DNA of 64,000 bases, taken from an uncultured Chloroflexia bacterium (GTDB lineage: Bacteria; Chloroflexota; Limnocylindria; Limnocylindrales; CSP1-4). Shown piece by piece: positions 10,306 to 20,437 of this stretch. The stretch lies in contig CAVYIM010000004.1 of NCBI GenBank assembly GCA_963768655.1, positions 128,001-192,000 on the forward strand. Direction: 5' to 3'. The translations under genes and the position numbers were made by a program. Each line of letters starts with the position of its first letter. Position 1 is the first letter of the stretch. The notes under the pieces were generated by a model. The model ran no database searches. It was not told the DNA's origin and worked only from the letters and a program-made list of their open reading frames with translations.

Positions 10306-11577
10306 TCAGATGTGGAAGCGGCGGAAGACCGCGACCGCGTTCTGGCCGCCGAACCCGAAGCCGTTGATGATGGCCGTGTCGACCTTCTTGACCCGCTTCA
10401 CGTTCGGCACGTAGTCCAGGTCGCACTCCGGGTCCGGGTTCTCCTGGTTGATCGTCGGCGGGATCACGCCCTCGCGAATGGCGCCTATGGCCGCGAGCCC
10501 GCTCACGGCTCCGGCCGCTCCGAGGAGGTGGCCGACCATCGACTTCGGCGAGCTGATCGCGACCCTGTAGGCATGGTCGCCGAAGGCCGACTTGATCGCG
10601 CGCGTCTCGGTCGCATCGTTGAGCGGCGTTGAGGTTCCATGGGCGACGATGTAGTCGACTTCATCGGGCGCGACGTCCGAGCGGCGGAGGGCCTTGGTCA
10701 TCGCGGTGGAGGCGCCGCGGCCGGTCGGCTCGGGGGCGCTGATGTGGAAGGCGTCCGCCGTCAGCGCTCCGCCCATTACCTCGCACTGGATCTTGGCCCC
10801 GCGGGCCAGGGCATGCTCGGCCGACTCGAGAACCACGACCGCCGCGCCCTCCCCGAAGACGAAGCCGTCGCGATCCTTGTCGAACGGCCGGGAGGCGCGG
10901 GTCGGGTCGTCGTTCCGGCGCGACAGCGCGCCCATGTTGCCGAGGGCCGCGAAGGCGATCGGCACCAGGTTCCCCTCCGCGCCGCCGACGATGGCGACGT
11001 CGACTTCGCCGGCCTCGATCAGGCGCTGGCCGTCGATGAAGGCGATGACGCTGCTGGCGCAGGCCGCCACCTGGGTCATGACCGGGCCGGTTATGCCGTA
11101 CTTGATCGAGACCTGGCAGGCGGCCATCGAGCCCGAGAGAGCCGGGATGGCAAACGGCGAAACCTGGCCGTTGCCCTTCTCGGCGAGGACCTTGGTGCCC
11201 TCGATCACCTGCTCGACGCCGCCGCCGCCGGTGTTCACGATGACGGCGACGCGATCGCGCTCCTCCTGGGTGTAGGTCGAGAAATCGATCCCGGCGTCCT
11301 CGACGGCCTCGGTGGCGGCGCCCATGGCGAAGTGGACGAAGCGGCTCATGCGGCGGGCCATCTTGCGGTCCATCGCGGCCGCGGGGTCGAAGCCCTTGAC
11401 CTCTGCCGCGATGCGCACGTCAAGCCCCGAGGGATCCCAGCAACTGATCGTGTCAACACCCGAGGTGCCGGCGATTAGGTTCTCCCAGTAGGAGCGGGCG
11501 GTGATGCCGATCGGCGTGACGGCCCCGAGACCGGTTACGACGGCGCGGCGAGAGAGATCCTTGTTGGGCACGACCAT
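10306..11577 (-). CDS. fabF: Beta-ketoacyl-ACP synthase II
   Basis: VVTGLG, AACAS (catalytic Cys), AHGTST, GHLLGAAG and NGFGFGGQN motifs. Confidence 0.92.
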   Translation of the reverse strand: MVVPNKDLSRRAVVTGLGAVTPIGITARSYWENLIAGTSGVDTISCWDPSGLDVRIAAEVKGFDPAAAMDRKMARRMSRFVHFAMGAATEAVEDAGIDFSTYTQEERDRVAVIVNTGGGGVEQVIEGTKVLAEKGNGQVSPFAIPALSGSMAACQVSIKYGITGPVMTQVAACASSVIAFIDGQRLIEAGEVDVAIVGGAEGNLVPIAFAALGNMGALSRRNDDPTRASRPFDKDRDGFVFGEGAAVVVLESAEHALARGAKIQCEVMGGALTADAFHISAPEPTGRGASTAMTKALRRSDVAPDEVDYIVAHGTSTPLNDATETRAIKSAFGDHAYRVAISSPKSMVGHLLGAAGAVSGLAAIGAIREGVIPPTINQENPDPECDLDYVPNVKRVKKVDTAIINGFGFGGQNAVAVFRRFHI

Positions 11578-11759
11578 CTCCTACGAAGTGACAGCTGGCG
11601 GGGCGGCTGCCGAAGCTCGTGCGCTGCGGCTCGTCGACCCCACGGATGGGCTCGGGTGCCCTTCGGCGGGACGGCGTCCGGGCGGTCGCGGGCTGGATTG
11701 CCGCGCGACCTGCTGGAGGGATTGTACCGGCTGGGGGAGGGCAGAGGGCGGCGGAAGCC

Positions 11760-12362
11760 CTAGTCGGGCCGGCGCATCAGGTCGATGACCCGGCGCAGAA
11801 AGAGGCGGACGGCCTCCCGCTCGTTCTCGGCGAGCGGCTCCAGGGCGCGCTGGACGGCCTCGCCACGCCAGGCGTAGGCGCGCTCGACCTCCTCGAGGGC
11901 GGCGTCGTCGAGTCGAACCCGGACGACGCGGCGATCGGATGGGTCGTGGTCTCGAACGATGTAGTGAGCCGCCTCGAGCTCATCCACCACCCGGCTGGCC
12001 CAGCCGTACGAGATGCCGAGGCCGGAGGCAAGCTGACCGACGGTCCGCTCGCCGTGCTGATAGACGTGGATGGCCGCTCGAACGGCGTGGGCCGATATCG
12101 GCGGCCGGGCGGCGTTCTCTTCGGAAGTCGAAGCCGACGCCGACGCCGACGCCGAAATCGAAATCGAAGTCGAAGCCGAGGCCGAAGCGGACCCCGGCGC
12201 ATCAGCCCGGGCGCCTTCGCCGCCGGCCGTCTCGGCGCCTTGACGCCGCGTCGCGTAGGACGCATGAAGGAACTCGACCAGGAGCTTGCTGGTCTCGAGA
12301 GCCTCGTCCGATATCTGGTGCTTCGTCAGCCGGCGGTCCGTCGTCGCAGCTCTTGTCAACAC
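11760..12362 (-). CDS. MarR family transcriptional regulator
   Basis: Winged HTH TVGQLASGLGISYGWASRVVDELE and D.SDRRVVRV; divergent from the MFS gene. Confidence 0.85.
   Translation of the reverse strand: MLTRAATTDRRLTKHQISDEALETSKLLVEFLHASYATRRQGAETAGGEGARADAPGSASASASTSISISASASASASTSEENAARPPISAHAVRAAIHVYQHGERTVGQLASGLGISYGWASRVVDELEAAHYIVRDHDPSDRRVVRVRLDDAALEEVERAYAWRGEAVQRALEPLAENEREAVRLFLRRVIDLMRRPD
12124..12189. repeat. Degenerate hexanucleotide repeat encoding a Ser-Ala/Ile/Thr tract in MarR
   Basis: 11 consecutive hexamers starting GA (gaagtc, gaagcc, gacgcc x3, gaaatc x2, ...). Confidence 0.8.
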
Positions 12363-12417
12363 CGGCAGACTATACCATAATCAACTTACTAATTATTGCC
12401 TCAGACAAGGACTTTAC
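12353..12417 (+). promoter_or_regulatory. AT-rich divergent promoter region between MarR and MFS genes
   Basis: TTGTCA 12353-12358, 17 bp spacer, CATAAT 12376-12381; imperfect palindrome TTGCCTCAGACAA downstream. Confidence 0.55.
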
Positions 12418-14175
12418 GTGACCGTGAACCCGATATCCACTACCGATCCGCGCCGGCGCTGGCTCGGCCTGGCCATGCTCAGCGTGGGCGTCGCCATGAT
12501 CATCGTCGACGCGACGATCGTGAACGTCGCTGTTCCATCCATCGCGCGGGACCTTGCGCTATCCGGCACCGGAACCCAGTGGGTCAACACGATCTACGCC
12601 CTCGTCTTTGCCGCCTTCCTGGTGACGCTGGGCCGAATCGGGGACCGGATGGGACGGCGACGGACGTACGTCGCGGGCTTGATCCTGTTTCTGTTCGCCT
12701 CGGCGCTCGCCGGATTCGCCCAGTCTGGCGAGGAGCTCATCGGGGCGCGCTTCCTGCAGGGGCTTGGCGGCGCCGCGATTCTGCCGGCTACGCAGTCCAT
12801 CCTGAACAGCAACTTCCGCGGCCGCGATCGGGCCATAGCCTTCGGCATCTGGGGCTCCGTGATCGGCGGAATGGCTGCTCTCGGGCCCCTCATCGGCGGG
12901 TGGCTGACGACGTACCTGTCCTGGCGATGGGCCTTCTACGTCAACATCCCGTGGGGCCTGCTGGCCATCTTCGGCACGCTGGCCTGGATCGACGAGTCCC
13001 GCGACGAGAATGCCAGGGCCGGCTTCGACCCGTTCGGCTTCCTGTTCATCACCGTTGGCCTGTCGTCTTTCGTCTTCGCCCTGATCGAGGGCTACACCTA
13101 CGGCTGGACGTCGCCTTCGCAGCCGTTCGAGGTCCTTGGCTGGCGCTGGCCTCTCGATTCGATCTCGATCATCCCGTTCGCCTTCGCCCTCGGGCTCGTG
13201 TGCCTGGTGGGCTTCACGGTCGTGGAGATACGGCGTGAGCGCGCCGGTAAGTTCTTCCTCTTCGACTTCGCGCTGTGGCGCTATCCGGCGTTCCGATTCG
13301 GCAACCTGGCCGGGACGATCGTCTCTCTGGGAGAGTTCGGCCTGCTGTTCGTGCTGCCGCTCTTCCTGCAGGCGGTCCTCGGGATGTCCGCGTTCGAGGT
13401 CGGGCTGCTGCTCCTGGCGCTGGCGGTCGGAGCGTTCTTCGCCGCGCCGGTCGCCGCGGGGTTGGCCCGCCGCTACGGCGCACGCCGCGTGGTGACGCTG
13501 GGCATGGGCCTGGAGGCGGTCGGCATCTTCGCCACGGCGACCCTCATCTCTCGCGATCTCAACGTCCTGCTTCTCGTTCCGCCGCTATTCGTGTACGGGC
13601 TGGGCGTTGGTTTCGCCACGGCGCAACTGACGAGCGTGGTTCTGTCGGACATCCCGGCGGAAGTCTCCGGCCTGGCTTCGGGGACGAACTCGATGATGCG
13701 CCAGATCGGCTCCGCGCTCGGCATCGCCGTCCTGGGCTCGGTGCTTTTCGTGTCGCTGGGCGTGGGCACCGCGGATCGGCTGGCTCAAGTCCCGGGCATG
13801 CCGCCGGTCGCCCAGGTCGCCGTCCGCCAGGCGATCGAGCAATCGGCCGGCCAGGCTCTCATTGGCTTCCGGACCGGGCAAGTCGACCCGGCCGTCGCCT
13901 CACAGCTGGGCGGCGGGATCGACCCCCACCAGCTCGCGGGCTTCGGTAAGCAGGTTGCGCCCCCGATCGAGGATGCCTTTGTGCAGGCCGCTCATCTGGC
14001 GGGCTACGCAGCCACGGGCTTCGTCCTGCTGGGCCTGCTGTTCTCCCTGTTGCTGCCCAGGACGAAGCCGCAGACGTCAGTCGAAGAGGAGGCGGCCGCC
14101 GGGTCGGAGAGGAGCGCGAGAAGGGCGGCATCCGCGGCCGCGGTGACGGCGAGTGAAGGAGCGGCCGGCACCTAG
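12418..14175 (+). CDS. MFS drug:H+ antiporter (DHA2/EmrB-QacA type, 14 TMS)
   Basis: D.TIVNVA.PSI, G.IGDR.GRRR, RFLQGLG, GPLIGG and WRWAFYVNIP motifs; start at GTG 12418 or 12424. Confidence 0.9.
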   Translation: MTVNPISTTDPRRRWLGLAMLSVGVAMIIVDATIVNVAVPSIARDLALSGTGTQWVNTIYALVFAAFLVTLGRIGDRMGRRRTYVAGLILFLFASALAGFAQSGEELIGARFLQGLGGAAILPATQSILNSNFRGRDRAIAFGIWGSVIGGMAALGPLIGGWLTTYLSWRWAFYVNIPWGLLAIFGTLAWIDESRDENARAGFDPFGFLFITVGLSSFVFALIEGYTYGWTSPSQPFEVLGWRWPLDSISIIPFAFALGLVCLVGFTVVEIRRERAGKFFLFDFALWRYPAFRFGNLAGTIVSLGEFGLLFVLPLFLQAVLGMSAFEVGLLLLALAVGAFFAAPVAAGLARRYGARRVVTLGMGLEAVGIFATATLISRDLNVLLLVPPLFVYGLGVGFATAQLTSVVLSDIPAEVSGLASGTNSMMRQIGSALGIAVLGSVLFVSLGVGTADRLAQVPGMPPVAQVAVRQAIEQSAGQALIGFRTGQVDPAVASQLGGGIDPHQLAGFGKQVAPPIEDAFVQAAHLAGYAATGFVLLGLLFSLLLPRTKPQTSVEEEAAAGSERSARRAASAAAVTASEGAAGT

Positions 14176-14302
14176 CCTGGCGCTTGGCAACTACTCGATC
14201 GGTTCCGAGCCCGACCGGACGGGCCAGCGTGCGGGCCAGGTGTCAGCCATCTCGAGAGCGGAACGCCGGGCGGCGCGGGCGCCATCCGCGAAACGACCGG
14301 TT

Positions 14303-14388
14303 CGAAGCCGCCCGAAGCCGCCGAGGCCGCCGAGGCCGCCCGAACCGTCCGAAGCCACCGAAGCCGCCCGAAGCCGCCCGAAGCCGCC
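14303..14388. repeat. Intergenic tandem repeat, nine copies of a 9-10 bp CGAAGCCGC(C) unit
   Basis: Read directly; lies between the convergent MFS and fabF genes. Confidence 0.8.
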
Positions 14389-14763
14389 CGGTTTGCGTCA
14401 TCTACGCCTGGCAGGAGTGCTGGCCGCGAACTCTGTGCCCGGCGCCCCGATATAGGGCCCCTACGAGGGCTTCTTCATCCGCGGCTGAGCGTGGATCGCG
14501 CTCCTCGAGGGCCGTCTCGCTCGATCGGGAGCGCTGCGTCCGCGGACAACACGCCTGGTGGGCGTATCTGCCAGAAACCCGCGCTGGCCCGCCAAACCCG
14601 CGCCGCCCGGCCCAGCTCGCCCGGCCGGCCTGGCCGGCATGGCCCGCCCGGCCCAGCCCGCGCGGTCTCCAGCCCATCCACGGTCGAAGACCGCCCCGCG
14701 TCCGTCGGGGCGCGTCGTGACACCGAATGGCCCGCCAGGCATGCGGGGCCGAGTGAGGCTGGC

Positions 14764-16026
14764 TCAGTTGCCCGTGTAGCGCTCGAAGATGACCGCCGCG
14801 TTGTGGCCGCCCAGGCCGATGTTGTTCGAGAGCGCGTAGCGGAGCGGTTTCTCGACCGTCTCGGTGGCGACATTGACGTTGCATTTCGGGTCGGGCTCGC
14901 GGTAGTTGAGCGTGCCCGGAATGGCCTGGTGGTAGAGCGAGAGAACCGTCGCTATGCCCTCGAAGGCTCCGGCGGCCCCCATCATGTGGCCCGTCATCGA
15001 CTTGGTGGCGGAGATCAGGACGTTCGGCGTGTGGCTGCCAAACGCCGCCCAGACAGCCTCGCTCTCGCACTTGTCGCCGACTGGCGTGGAGGTGCCGTGC
15101 GGGTTGATCATGCCGACCTCGTCGGCCGGCACTCCGCGTCGCTCGAGGGCCATCTTCATCGCCCGCGCCGAGCCCTCGCCGCCGTTGGCGGGGGCGATCA
15201 TGTCGAAGCCGTCGGCCGCCGAGCCGTAACCCACGACCTCGGCATAGATGCGCGCGCCGCGCGCCTTGGCCAGATCGAGGTCCTCGAGGATCAGCGCGCC
15301 GGCGCCCTCACCGAGGACGAAGCCATCGCGGGTGCGATCGAATGGCCGGCAGACGGTCCCGATCGGCTGGCCCGGCAGCGGGGTCCCCATGCCGCGCATG
15401 TTGGTGAATCCGATGTGCACCAGCTCCAGGAGCGGCGATTCGGCCGCACCGGCGATCACGGCCGTGCAGTCGCCCCGGCGGATCGCCTCGGCGGCCTCGC
15501 CGATGGCCGTCGTACCGGTCGAGCATGCCGAGACGGGGCAGAAGTTGTGGCCCTTCGCGCCGGTCTCGATGGCGATCGTGCCCGAGCTGGCGTCCACCAG
15601 GCCGTTGGCGATGAAGAACGGACTGACCGCTCGAATGCCCCTGGTGTGCCAGATCTCCTGGTTGGTGATGAAGAGGGCCTGGCCGCCGCCGCCCGAGCCG
15701 TAGATGACGCCGATGTCGTAACGATTGTCGTCGTTGATCTCGAGGCCGGCGTCGGCCACGGCCATCCTTGAGGATGCGACCGCGAAATGGACCGTCGTCT
15801 CTGTCCGGCGGGCGTCCTTGAAGTTCCAGTACTTGGTGATGTCGAAGTCGTGCACCTCGCCGCCGGCCTTGTGCTCGTAGGGCGTGGTGTCGAAGTGGGT
15901 GATCTCGCCGATCCCGGAGCGGCCGTTGGCCAGGTTGTCCCAGACTGTGTCCAGATCGTTGCCGATCGGGCTCACGACCCCCATTCCGGTGACGACGACT
16001 CGTCGGTTGTAGTCAGGCTTGCGCAC
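14764..16026 (-). CDS. fabF: Beta-ketoacyl-ACP synthase II (second paralog)
   Basis: RRVVVTGMG, SACSTG, PHGTST, GHMMGAAG and GLGGHN motifs; GGAGG upstream of GTG 16026, exact start uncertain. Confidence 0.9.
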   Translation of the reverse strand: MRKPDYNRRVVVTGMGVVSPIGNDLDTVWDNLANGRSGIGEITHFDTTPYEHKAGGEVHDFDITKYWNFKDARRTETTVHFAVASSRMAVADAGLEINDDNRYDIGVIYGSGGGGQALFITNQEIWHTRGIRAVSPFFIANGLVDASSGTIAIETGAKGHNFCPVSACSTGTTAIGEAAEAIRRGDCTAVIAGAAESPLLELVHIGFTNMRGMGTPLPGQPIGTVCRPFDRTRDGFVLGEGAGALILEDLDLAKARGARIYAEVVGYGSAADGFDMIAPANGGEGSARAMKMALERRGVPADEVGMINPHGTSTPVGDKCESEAVWAAFGSHTPNVLISATKSMTGHMMGAAGAFEGIATVLSLYHQAIPGTLNYREPDPKCNVNVATETVEKPLRYALSNNIGLGGHNAAVIFERYTGN

Positions 16027-16131
16027 GGGGGTCAGATCCTCCTGGGGCTTCTCGCGCCGCTGCCGCGGCGACGGGGGTAATGGGGTGAGATGCGCCGCTG
16101 CCACGGCGACAGGGGCATGAGGCGGGGTGGT

Positions 16132-17091
16132 TCATGCGTCGAGGAACGGCACGGCGATGCCGCCGGCCGCCGAGGTGTCGTCGGTGGCGAGCGCCGTTGC
16201 GTCGGGCGCGATGCGCTTGACGAGGCCGGTCAGGACCTTGCCGGGTCCGACCTCGACGAAGGTCGTGACGCCGTCGGCGGCCATTCGCTGGACGGCGGCG
16301 ACCCAATCGACGCCACGAGTCAGGTGTTCGATCAACTCCGCCCGAGCGCCGGCGGCCGTCGTGATCGGCCGCGCGTCGGCGTTCGCGAGCAGCGGCGTGG
16401 AGGGCTCGGCGAAGGCGATCGGCGCCAGGACGCGCGTCATCCCCTCGGCCGCTTCCTTCATCAGCGACGAGTGCGCCGCCACGGATACGGGCAGTACGAT
16501 CGCCCTCCGGGCCCCGAGCTCGCGCGCCCCTGCGACCGCCGCCTCGACCGCGGCCCTGTCGCCGGAGATCACGACCTGGCCAGGGGCGTTGCGGTTGGCC
16601 ACGGTCAGACTGCCGAAGGGCTCACCCAGGGCGATCAGCTCCGGAAGGCGCGCGTCGTCCAGGCCGATCAGCGCGGCCATGGCGCCGCTTCGTCCCTGGC
16701 CCGAGGCCTGCATCTGGCGGCCGCGTTCCCTGACCAGCCGAACTGCGTCACCGAGCGAGATGACGCCGGCAGCCACCAGCGCCGAGTACTGGCCCATCGA
16801 ATGGCCGGCGCAGTAAGCGGGAGCCGGGGCGGCGATGCCGGCGGCGGCCCAGCGCTCGCGCAGAGCGAACAGAAACGCGATCGAAGTGGCGACGAGGGCC
16901 GGCTGCGCGTTGACCGTGAGGTCGAGCTGCTCGGCCGGGCCTTCGAACGCCAGCCGGCTGATCGGCTCGCCGAGAGCTTCGTCGGCCTCGGCCATGACGC
17001 CAGCGGCGGCCGGCGACGATTCGACCAGGGTCTTGCCCATCCCCACGAACTGGGACCCCTGCCCCGGAAACACGAACGCTATTCGGTCCAT
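16132..17091 (-). CDS. fabD: Malonyl-CoA:ACP transacylase
   Basis: FVFPGQGSQ, AQPAL, GHSMG (catalytic Ser), VSVAAHS and EVGPGKVL motifs; start trimmed to MDRIAF. Confidence 0.93.
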   Translation of the reverse strand: MDRIAFVFPGQGSQFVGMGKTLVESSPAAAGVMAEADEALGEPISRLAFEGPAEQLDLTVNAQPALVATSIAFLFALRERWAAAGIAAPAPAYCAGHSMGQYSALVAAGVISLGDAVRLVRERGRQMQASGQGRSGAMAALIGLDDARLPELIALGEPFGSLTVANRNAPGQVVISGDRAAVEAAVAGARELGARRAIVLPVSVAAHSSLMKEAAEGMTRVLAPIAFAEPSTPLLANADARPITTAAGARAELIEHLTRGVDWVAAVQRMAADGVTTFVEVGPGKVLTGLVKRIAPDATALATDDTSAAGGIAVPFLDA

Positions 17092-17284
17092 GAGCCTGTG
17101 TCTGATCTCCTCCGGCCGGCGAACGCCATCTGACGGGGGTAGCGCCGCTCCTGCCGAGCTGGTGCCTGATGTGCTGCCGCTGCGAGGGCGGAATTGTGGC
17201 GCCAGAGTACGGCGATGCGAGGGCGTCGTGCGGAAATCGTGTGCACGTTTGCAAGTATCGAGCGTCAGGGCTACCCTGGACCTG

Positions 17285-18118
17285 ATGCCGCAGTTCCGCC
17301 CCAAGCTCCCCGGTCTGGTCCAGCGCTCGCCCGACGAGGCGCCTGGTACCCCGACGAGCGCGCCGCCCGATGCGCCGCGGGCCGGCTCCGGGCACCCCCC
17401 GACCGACCCGCAATCCGCCACGGCACCACTCGACAGGGACCCGCGTGCCGCCAGTGGGGCTCCGGTCGAAGGGCAGCCCGACGCGTCTCCCGGCTTGGCC
17501 GGCGCCCCGGCACGGACGTCGCTCCGGCTGCTGCGTGGATCGCCTCGACCGTTTCTGCACATGCCGTCGCTGTCCGTCCCGAGCCGCGCCGCAGTGGAAT
17601 TGGCCGCGCGGGAGTTGCTGTCAGCGCCCGTCGAGGCGGCTCGCCATCGGATCCAGAACCCGCGCGAGCTATCCGATCGGATCGCCATGGGCCGGGCAAT
17701 CTGGCGAGACCTCGTGATCGGCTTTGCCGCCCAGCTGGGCGAGCTGAACCTGGGCTTCACGCAGCTGGCGGGGATGTACGCCCTGGCGGACGGCGGGACG
17801 ATGACGGTGGCGGATCTCGCCGACTCTCTGGGCCGTTCGCCGTCGGCGGTGAGCCGGATGGTGGACGCCCTCGTCTCGCGGCAGCTGATCGAGCGGCGGC
17901 AGGATTCGGAGGACCGTCGACAGCGGACCCTGACCCTCACGGGCCGCGGCCAGGCTCTGCTGGGGCTCGTGGATCGGGCCCGAGCGGAGGAATTCCTATC
18001 CATCGTGCGGCCGCTGCCCACGGCCGAGCGAGCCGTCGTGGCGATGGGAGTCGCGGCGCTCTCGACTCATGCCATGACGCGGCGCGGTCGGCTGATCAAG
18101 CAACGGGCGCGCCGCTAG
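17285..18118 (+). CDS. MarR family regulator with a Pro-rich N-terminal extension (start uncertain, 17285 or 17561)
   Basis: TVADLADSLGRSPSAVSRMVDALV..LIER.QD.EDRRQ; TTGCAA(17249)-17 bp-TACCCT(17272) would place the transcription start at about ATG 17285. Confidence 0.8.
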   Translation: MPQFRPKLPGLVQRSPDEAPGTPTSAPPDAPRAGSGHPPTDPQSATAPLDRDPRAASGAPVEGQPDASPGLAGAPARTSLRLLRGSPRPFLHMPSLSVPSRAAVELAARELLSAPVEAARHRIQNPRELSDRIAMGRAIWRDLVIGFAAQLGELNLGFTQLAGMYALADGGTMTVADLADSLGRSPSAVSRMVDALVSRQLIERRQDSEDRRQRTLTLTGRGQALLGLVDRARAEEFLSIVRPLPTAERAVVAMGVAALSTHAMTRRGRLIKQRARR

Positions 18119-18163
18119 GCAGGGTCGGGGCGGCGCTCCGCAATCGGTGGATTCGGGCTGCGG

Positions 18164-20437
18164 CTACTCGGTGTCCAGGAGTTCACGCACCTTGCGGGCC
18201 AGGCGCTCGGGGGTGAAAGGCTTGGGCAGCAGCTGGATCGCCCGGGCGCCGTCGTCGCGGAAGGCTTCGCTCGTGCCGGCGTGCCCGGACACGAGCAGCA
18301 GCCTGATGTTGGGTCGCGCCTCTCGAAGCCTGAGCGCCAGTTCCGGGCCTCGCATGCCCGGCATGATGACGTCGCTGACGAGCAGATCGATCGGGACGGA
18401 CGCAGCCGCCAGCTCGAGTGCCTCGGCGGCGCCGGCCGCCTCGATCACCGTGTATCCGTTGGAGCGAAGGCCGAGCACGGCCAGCCGTCGAACGCTGGAG
18501 TCGTCCTCGACGACCAGCACCGTCTCGGTCCCGGTCGGCGGAGGCAGCGAGACGCTCGGCTCTCGTGCGGGCCGGTCGACGCCCTCCGCCACGGGCAGGA
18601 GGATCGTCACCTCGGTTCCAACGCCGAGCCGGCTGTGAACCCAGATATGGCCCCCACTTGCCCCGACGATGCCGTGGCAAGTGGCGAGGCCGAGGCCCGT
18701 GCCTTCGCCCTGGCGCTTGGTGGTGAAGAACGGCTCGAACAGGTGACCCAGCACCTCGTCGCTCATGCCGGTGCCGGTGTCGGTCACGGCCAGGGTGACG
18801 TACTTGCCCGGGACCACGTCGGGGTGGACAGCGCGGTACTCCTCGCCGACCGCAAGGTTGGCGGTCTCGATTACGAGCCGCCCACCGTCGGGCATGGCGT
18901 CGCGGGCATTCACGGTCAGATTGACCAGCAGCTGCTGAACCTGGCCCGGGTCGGCCGTGATGATGCCCAGGCCCTCGTCCAGCTCGGCCGTGATCTCGAC
19001 GTCTTCGCCGAGCAGGCGCCGCAACATCTGGATCGATCCGGCGACGACGGCGTTGAGATCGAGCGGAACAGGCTCGATCAGCTGCTTGCGGGCGAATGAC
19101 AGGAGCTGTCGTGTGAGACTGGCTGCCCGTTCGGCCGCCTGGACGATCTCTCGCACGCCCTCACGCGCGGGATGCCCCTCCGGCAGGTCCATCATCGCCA
19201 ACTCGGCGTTGCCGAGGATGGCGGTGAGCAGGTTGTTGAAGTCGTGCGCGACGCCCCCGGCCAGCTGGCCGATGCTCTGCAGCTTCTGGGCCTGGGCCAG
19301 CTGCTGCTCCAGGACGCGCCGCTCCGTGACGTCCTGCAGCAGCCCGTCGTACGCGACCAGGGCGCCGTCCGGCGCGTACTGGGGGACCAGCGTGCTGCGC
19401 ACGAGCCGAACGGCGCCATCCTTGCGCACGATCCGATGCTCGACCGGTTGGGCCGACCCCTTGCCGACCACGTCGGCCGCCTGGCCCAGGGCCTTGTCCC
19501 TGTCCTCCGGCACGACCATCTCGATCCACAGGTCGGGATTCGCCGCGAACTCCGCGGCCGAGTAGCCCGTGACGGCGACGCTGCCGGGGCCGTGGTGAGT
19601 CTCGAGGCCGCCGCCCGGCGTGACCCGCACCGTGAACATGTAGTCGGTGATCGTTTCGGTGATGCGGCGGTATCGCTCCTCGCTCTCCCGGAGCTCGGCC
19701 GTGCGCTGGACGACCCGGTCTTCCAACTCGTCGCGGGCTGCCCGAAGCTCCTCGCGTATGGCCGTGTCCTCGATCGAGATGGCCGACTGACTGGCCATCG
19801 CGGAGAGCAGGTCAAGGTCGGCCTGGTCGAACTCCCGGTCTCCAGGCTGATTGACCGCGACGATGAGGCCGAGGGCTCGGTCTCCGTACAGGATCGGGGC
19901 GACCATCATGGGACCGTGGCCGAAGGCCACGCGCCGCGCGTGAACCCGGTCCGACTCGCGTGGGTCGCGAACGTTGCCCGGCGAGAGGGTGGCTTCGCGA
20001 TGGATCATCACCCAACCCCCGAGCCCCTCCATGATCTCGTCGTAGTCGATCAGGGCCAGCTCCTGGCTTCCTCGGCCGCCGAGGTAGTTGCCCGTGACCG
20101 CGCGCCGGTCCGAGTCGATGGCGAATAGATTTACCCGGTCGGCCGGGAGCGCCTCGGCCACGACGTCCACCAGGCGCTGGAGAAGCGTCTCGAGGGTCTC
20201 CGCTGCCACCTGCGAACTGCTGATTCGATACAGAGCCTGGGCTTTGGCCAGGGCGGCCTGGGTGGCCGCGAGCGCCTCTCCGTACCGCGCTTCCGAGGCT
20301 CGCAGCGCGCTCTCGGCCTGCTCTCGCGCGCCGAGAGGCGCCTCGCTCTCGTCGAGACGGCCTCCACCGACCGCGGCCTGGCCCGACCGGTCTTCTTCTG
20401 GGGTCTCGGAGACACGATTGTCGCGGCCTTTGTACAT
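18164..20437 (-). CDS. Hybrid sensor histidine kinase (GAF-PAS-HisKA-HATPase-REC)
   Basis: AHDFNNLL, NL.VNARDAM, DTGTGM, FEPFFTTK, GTGLGL and receiver VEDD...SDVIMP...KPF; start approximate. Confidence 0.92.
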   Translation of the reverse strand: MYKGRDNRVSETPEEDRSGQAAVGGGRLDESEAPLGAREQAESALRASEARYGEALAATQAALAKAQALYRISSSQVAAETLETLLQRLVDVVAEALPADRVNLFAIDSDRRAVTGNYLGGRGSQELALIDYDEIMEGLGGWVMIHREATLSPGNVRDPRESDRVHARRVAFGHGPMMVAPILYGDRALGLIVAVNQPGDREFDQADLDLLSAMASQSAISIEDTAIREELRAARDELEDRVVQRTAELRESEERYRRITETITDYMFTVRVTPGGGLETHHGPGSVAVTGYSAAEFAANPDLWIEMVVPEDRDKALGQAADVVGKGSAQPVEHRIVRKDGAVRLVRSTLVPQYAPDGALVAYDGLLQDVTERRVLEQQLAQAQKLQSIGQLAGGVAHDFNNLLTAILGNAELAMMDLPEGHPAREGVREIVQAAERAASLTRQLLSFARKQLIEPVPLDLNAVVAGSIQMLRRLLGEDVEITAELDEGLGIITADPGQVQQLLVNLTVNARDAMPDGGRLVIETANLAVGEEYRAVHPDVVPGKYVTLAVTDTGTGMSDEVLGHLFEPFFTTKRQGEGTGLGLATCHGIVGASGGHIWVHSRLGVGTEVTILLPVAEGVDRPAREPSVSLPPPTGTETVLVVEDDSSVRRLAVLGLRSNGYTVIEAAGAAEALELAAASVPIDLLVSDVIMPGMRGPELALRLREARPNIRLLLVSGHAGTSEAFRDDGARAIQLLPKPFTPERLARKVRELLDTE

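Noticed and set aside
10306-17091. Type II PKS cluster (KS plus chain-length factor)
   Set aside because: Both ketosynthases retain the catalytic Cys and look like FabF; no ACP, cyclase or aromatase is nearby
16132-18021. 629-aa ORF suggesting FabD with a long N-terminal fusion
   Set aside because: The extension is the antisense shadow of the MarR gene; FabD homology starts at MDRIAF (17091)
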